From Candidatus Hydrogenedentota bacterium (GTDB taxonomy: Bacteria; Hydrogenedentota; Hydrogenedentia; Hydrogenedentales; GCA-2746185): a stretch of 10,704 nt of DNA. Under the pieces are notes generated by a model, which was not told the DNA's origin, searched no databases, and worked only from the letters and a program-made list of their open reading frames with translations. The stretch is taken from positions 1 through 10,704 of the forward strand of contig JAYGCN010000021.1 in the NCBI GenBank assembly GCA_046583315.1, written 5' to 3'. Position numbers and translations under genes: made by a program. Below, one piece after another: positions 7,823 through 10,704 of this stretch. How positions within the stretch are numbered: position 1 is the stretch's first letter; each line of letters starts with the position of its first letter.

Positions 7823-7862
7823 CTTACCTTTTTCTATCAAGAAAAAGGTAAGTTGTCTTTTC
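7823..7862 (+). terminator. Perfect 13-bp inverted repeat; probable terminator of the ABC operon (or an operator)
   Basis: CTTACCTTTTTCT (7823-7835), loop ATCA, AGAAAAAGGTAAG (7840-7852), followed by TTGTCTTTTC. Confidence 0.55.
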
Positions 7863-7883
7863 TGGGCTTTTCGCGGTAAACTA

Positions 7884-7920
7884 TTGACCGTTAAGTGTAA
7901 CGATATTATGAAATATGGAG
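7884..7920 (+). promoter_or_regulatory. Possible promoter and RBS of the ferredoxin gene
   Basis: TTGACC at 7884-7889. The -10 candidates are imperfect: TATGAA at 17-bp spacing, TATTAT at 14-bp spacing. GGAG at 7917-7920. Confidence 0.35.
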
Positions 7921-7930
7921 TTATTAAGAA

Positions 7931-8188
7931 ATGGCAATACTGAAATTTGAAGGTGAAGAACGCAAAGTAGAAGACGGCGTCAGCGTCATAGAAGCCTGTG
8001 AAGATATGGGACTACCCTTCGGCTGTCAAGACGGACTCTGCGGTACCTGCATGTCAACCATCGTCACCGGTGGCGAAAATCTTTCTGCCAAGAATGATAA
8101 AGAAGATGATTTCGATCTGCCCGAAGGCCAGCGTCTGACCTGTCAGTGCAAAGTCACCTCAGGAACCGTTGAGTTTTCACTCGACTAA
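7931..8188 (+). CDS. [2Fe-2S] ferredoxin (Fer2 domain), 85 aa
   Basis: Small acidic protein with C-x4-C-x2-C (PFGCQDGLCGTC) and a distal RLTCQC cysteine. Confidence 0.92.
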   Translation: MAILKFEGEERKVEDGVSVIEACEDMGLPFGCQDGLCGTCMSTIVTGGENLSAKNDKEDDFDLPEGQRLTCQCKVTSGTVEFSLD

Positions 8189-8222
8189 ACCGTTTTAATC
8201 CGAGTCAATCAGGGAGTTGCCC

Positions 8223-9944
8223 ATGGACCGACACCGCGGCGTGCGAAGGTATATTTGCGCACTGGCGGTCGTATGTCTTGCTGCGACACCCTCCTTCTCA
8301 GAAAACCCGGAACGCTACGACATCGTGCTCTCCGGCGGCACGATTCTGGACGGCACCGGCGAGGCTGCGTACGAGGCCGATGTCGGCTTAGTCGGCGACA
8401 CCATCATCACCATTGGCGATCTCAGTGAAGCGAGCACCGATGCCCGCATTGACGTAAATGGCCTGCTCATCGTGCCCGGTTTCATCGATCTGCACAGCCA
8501 CGCCGACGGCCCCGACGACCATACCGGCCTGCGATCCCGAAACCCGAAACGCCGCGCGGCCCCCAATCTCGTGACCCAGGGCATCACCACCGCCGTCGTC
8601 AATCAGGACGGTCGAAGTCCGCAAGACATCGCACGCCAACGCAGCCAACTCAACGAACGCGGCATGGGCATCAACACCGTGCTCATGGTCGGCCACAACA
8701 CCATTCGGCGCAGCGCACTCAGAGGATTCGACAAAGCCCGCGAAGCGACCCCCGAAGAGATTGACCGGATGACGGCACAGCTTCGAAAAGGTCTCGATGC
8801 CGGTGCCTACGGCATGACCGCTGGCCTCGAATACGAACCCGGCATCTGGAGCACCACCGAAGAACTCATCAGTCTCGTCAAAGAAATCGTACCCTACAGT
8901 GGCGTCTACATCGTTCACGAGCGCAGCTCCGGTGTTGACCCCATGTGGGTCGTACCCAGCCAGCACGACTCCGATCACCCGACCATGCTCGACTCGGTCA
9001 ACGAAGTTATCCAAGTGGGCGAATCCACCGGTGCCACCGTCGTCGCCACACACATCAAGGCGCGCGGCACCGAGTTCTGGGGCAACAGCCAACCGATCAT
9101 TGATGCCATCAACGCCGCACGTGATCGCGGCGTCAACATCTATGCCGATCAATATCCCTACACCAGCTCCGGCAGCGACGGTTCAATCGTGCTCATCCCC
9201 AAATGGGTGCTCGATGAATACGAAGGCGAAGTCATGGATTTCGAGCAGGCCCTGCTCGACGTGATGAAAGATCCGCCGCGCTTCGAAAAACTGAAACGCG
9301 ACATCAAACACGCCATCGCACGCCGTGGCGGTGCCAACCGAATACTCATCATGCGCCACCCCGACAGAAGTTTCGTCGGAAAGAGCCTGGCCCAGATTGC
9401 CTACGATAAAGACGTCGACCCCGTTCAGATGGTCTACCTGATGCAGATCGAGGGCTACACCGAGCGCTTTGGCGGCGCCGTCGTACGCGGATTCTCCATG
9501 GACATCGAAGACGTCGAGCGATTCGTAAAACAACCCTGGGTGGCCACCGCTTCCGACGCCGGTATCGCCCTTCGCGAAGACGGACTCATCCACGCACGCT
9601 ACTACGGAACCTTTCCACGCAAAATTCGAAAATTCGCATTGGATAAAAATCTAATCTCCTTGGAGGCAGCCATCCACTCCATGACCGGCCTGCCCGCATC
9701 CATCATGGGCTTTCGTGATCGCGGTATTCTACGTGAAGGCAACAAAGCCGATATCGCCATTCTTGACCTCGATGCTCTTCAAGACAGGGCCACCTATTTC
9801 TCGCCCCACCAATACGCATCCGGCGTCGAATTCGTCTTCGTCAACGGCCAACTCGTCGTCGCTGGCGGCAAACCCACCTACGCGCTACCCGGTGTCGTCA
9901 TCACGCCCGAATCCGGCGGACCCATTCGGCAGACCGACGACTAA
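8223..9944 (+). CDS. N-acyl-D-amino-acid deacylase (D-aminoacylase)-family amidohydrolase, probably exported
   Basis: YDIVLSGGTILDGTG, PGFIDLHSHAD (HxH), QGITT, GLEYEPG, YIVHER, ATHIK, ADQYPY, ASDAG, HARYYGTFPR, RGILREGNKADI and VFVNG. N-terminal signal peptide. ATG 8223 is preferred over TTG 8217 because RBS AGGGAG lies at 8211-8216. Confidence 0.88.
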   Translation: MDRHRGVRRYICALAVVCLAATPSFSENPERYDIVLSGGTILDGTGEAAYEADVGLVGDTIITIGDLSEASTDARIDVNGLLIVPGFIDLHSHADGPDDHTGLRSRNPKRRAAPNLVTQGITTAVVNQDGRSPQDIARQRSQLNERGMGINTVLMVGHNTIRRSALRGFDKAREATPEEIDRMTAQLRKGLDAGAYGMTAGLEYEPGIWSTTEELISLVKEIVPYSGVYIVHERSSGVDPMWVVPSQHDSDHPTMLDSVNEVIQVGESTGATVVATHIKARGTEFWGNSQPIIDAINAARDRGVNIYADQYPYTSSGSDGSIVLIPKWVLDEYEGEVMDFEQALLDVMKDPPRFEKLKRDIKHAIARRGGANRILIMRHPDRSFVGKSLAQIAYDKDVDPVQMVYLMQIEGYTERFGGAVVRGFSMDIEDVERFVKQPWVATASDAGIALREDGLIHARYYGTFPRKIRKFALDKNLISLEAAIHSMTGLPASIMGFRDRGILREGNKADIAILDLDALQDRATYFSPHQYASGVEFVFVNGQLVVAGGKPTYALPGVVITPESGGPIRQTDD

Positions 9945-9952
9945 GCGTCACC

Positions 9953-10405
9953 CTATCGCGGATCCGGCTTGAATTGTTCCTCGTAGTAATCGTCGTTCAA
10001 TTTATGAATCAGTTCACGCGATTCTTCCAGGTCGACATCCAACAGTTCGCGCATCGACACAAAACCCTGATACATATCATCGGAATTCAGAACGACCAGG
10101 TGGCGAAAGTTGCGACCCAGCATCATGTTCCGCGCGACCCCATGCGGTTCATCAATGCCCACATGCACCACATCCTCACTCATCACCTCGCTCACCAGCG
10201 TCGTTCGCGGGTCACGATCGTCATCCACCACCCGGCGCAACAGATCACGCTCCGAGAACACACCCACAACCTGACGTCGCGAACTGCACACCGCCACCGC
10301 ACCAATCTTGCGTTCACACAGGTACGACACCACTTCCTGTACCGTCATTTCGGGACTGACCAGGTAAGCCTCCCGATCTCCGATGATTTCACGAACCGTC
10401 TTCAT
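9953..10405 (-). CDS. Stand-alone CBS-pair (Bateman domain) protein, 150 aa
   Basis: VSPEMTVQEVV...IGAVAV...VGVFSERDLLRRV...VSEVMS...FRHLVV...GFVSMREL. RBS AGGAGGG (10419-10413, minus strand) lies 7 nt before ATG 10405, so the start was moved from 10426. Confidence 0.9.
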   Translation of the reverse strand: MKTVREIIGDREAYLVSPEMTVQEVVSYLCERKIGAVAVCSSRRQVVGVFSERDLLRRVVDDDRDPRTTLVSEVMSEDVVHVGIDEPHGVARNMMLGRNFRHLVVLNSDDMYQGFVSMRELLDVDLEESRELIHKLNDDYYEEQFKPDPR

Positions 10406-10460
10406 AGGCATACCCTCCTGCGACAATATCCGTTCAACATTTCTGCATCCAACAGTCTAT

Positions 10461-10515
10461 CAGACAAACTCGCGTTTGTCTGTAGGGTTCAAGACCCCAC
10501 TGGGCCCCGAAACCC
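10461..10515 (-). other. Two adjacent hairpins upstream of the CBS gene
   Basis: Perfect 9-bp stem CAGACAAAC/GTTTGTCTG (10461-10482), with a loop reading GCGA on the minus strand. A second stem at 10485-10515 pairs fully, apart from one bulge, only on the minus strand using G-U pairs. Confidence 0.5.
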
Positions 10516-10629
10516 GTCTATATACCGGCCACATTGATGCATACGTAACGCAAACCTTCCACGCGAAACAATAGGGTTTCTCTTGATAACTTCATATTAT
10601 TAAGCGTAAAGAGTCGAACTATACAGCTA

Positions 10630-10658
10630 TTGATAATTTACGTAAACCCTGATAGTAT
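10630..10658 (+). promoter_or_regulatory. Near-consensus sigma70 promoter for a gene beyond the right edge
   Basis: TTGATA (10630-10635), 17 bp, TAGTAT (10653-10658), with extended -10 TG at 10650-10651 in an AT-rich context. Palindrome TTTACGTAAA (10637-10646) lies in the spacer. Confidence 0.6.
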
Positions 10659-10704
10659 TTTAGTAGTTTATACTTAAATACATATTTACGATCATTCGGC
10701 CTCG

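Noticed and set aside
7635..7943. 102-aa ORF spanning the permease end and intergenic region
   Set aside because: It overlaps the permease out of frame, runs through hairpins and promoter-like DNA, and has no protein-like features.
8223..8300. Twin-arginine (Tat) signal in GVRRYIC
   Set aside because: Poor match to S/T-R-R-x-F-L-K. A Sec signal is at least as likely, and this cannot be decided by eye.
217..9593. Many long antisense ORFs (e.g. 217..885, 916..1641, 3979..4539, 5047..5592, 8388..9152)
   Set aside because: Shadow ORFs produced by the biased codon usage of the real plus-strand genes, with no recognisable motifs.
10540..10570. ACGCAAAC...GCGAAAC as a c-di-GMP-I riboswitch fragment
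   Set aside because: The order and pairing of the conserved elements do not fit.
9974..10574. Plus-strand ORFs 9974..10537 and 10383..10574
   Set aside because: They are antisense shadows of the CBS gene and its leader.
1..10704. CRISPR array, tRNA/rRNA, IS or prophage
   Set aside because: No regularly spaced repeats, cloverleaf, terminal inverted repeats with transposase, or phage genes were seen.

Overview
A moderately GC-rich bacterial chromosomal segment with mostly housekeeping and transport genes. Plus strand, in order: bioA (DAPA aminotransferase); rlmH, broken by a single-base frameshift at about 1672; a peptide-type (family 5) ABC importer operon with two tandem paralogous lipoprotein substrate-binding proteins and two permeases but no ATPase genes; an AT-richer intergenic region with strong hairpins; a small [2Fe-2S] ferredoxin; and a probably exported N-acyl-D-amino-acid deacylase-family amidohydrolase. 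A CBS-pair protein gene converges on the minus strand, and the window ends in an AT-rich region with a near-consensus sigma70 promoter pointing out of the window. I found no rRNA, tRNA, CRISPR array, transposase or integrase, and I cannot support a clearly new biological system. The most interesting details are the rlmH frameshift, the duplicated binding proteins, a promoter with a C7 spacer tract and palindrome, structured non-coding regions, REP-like repeat relics and strand-dependent codon usage.
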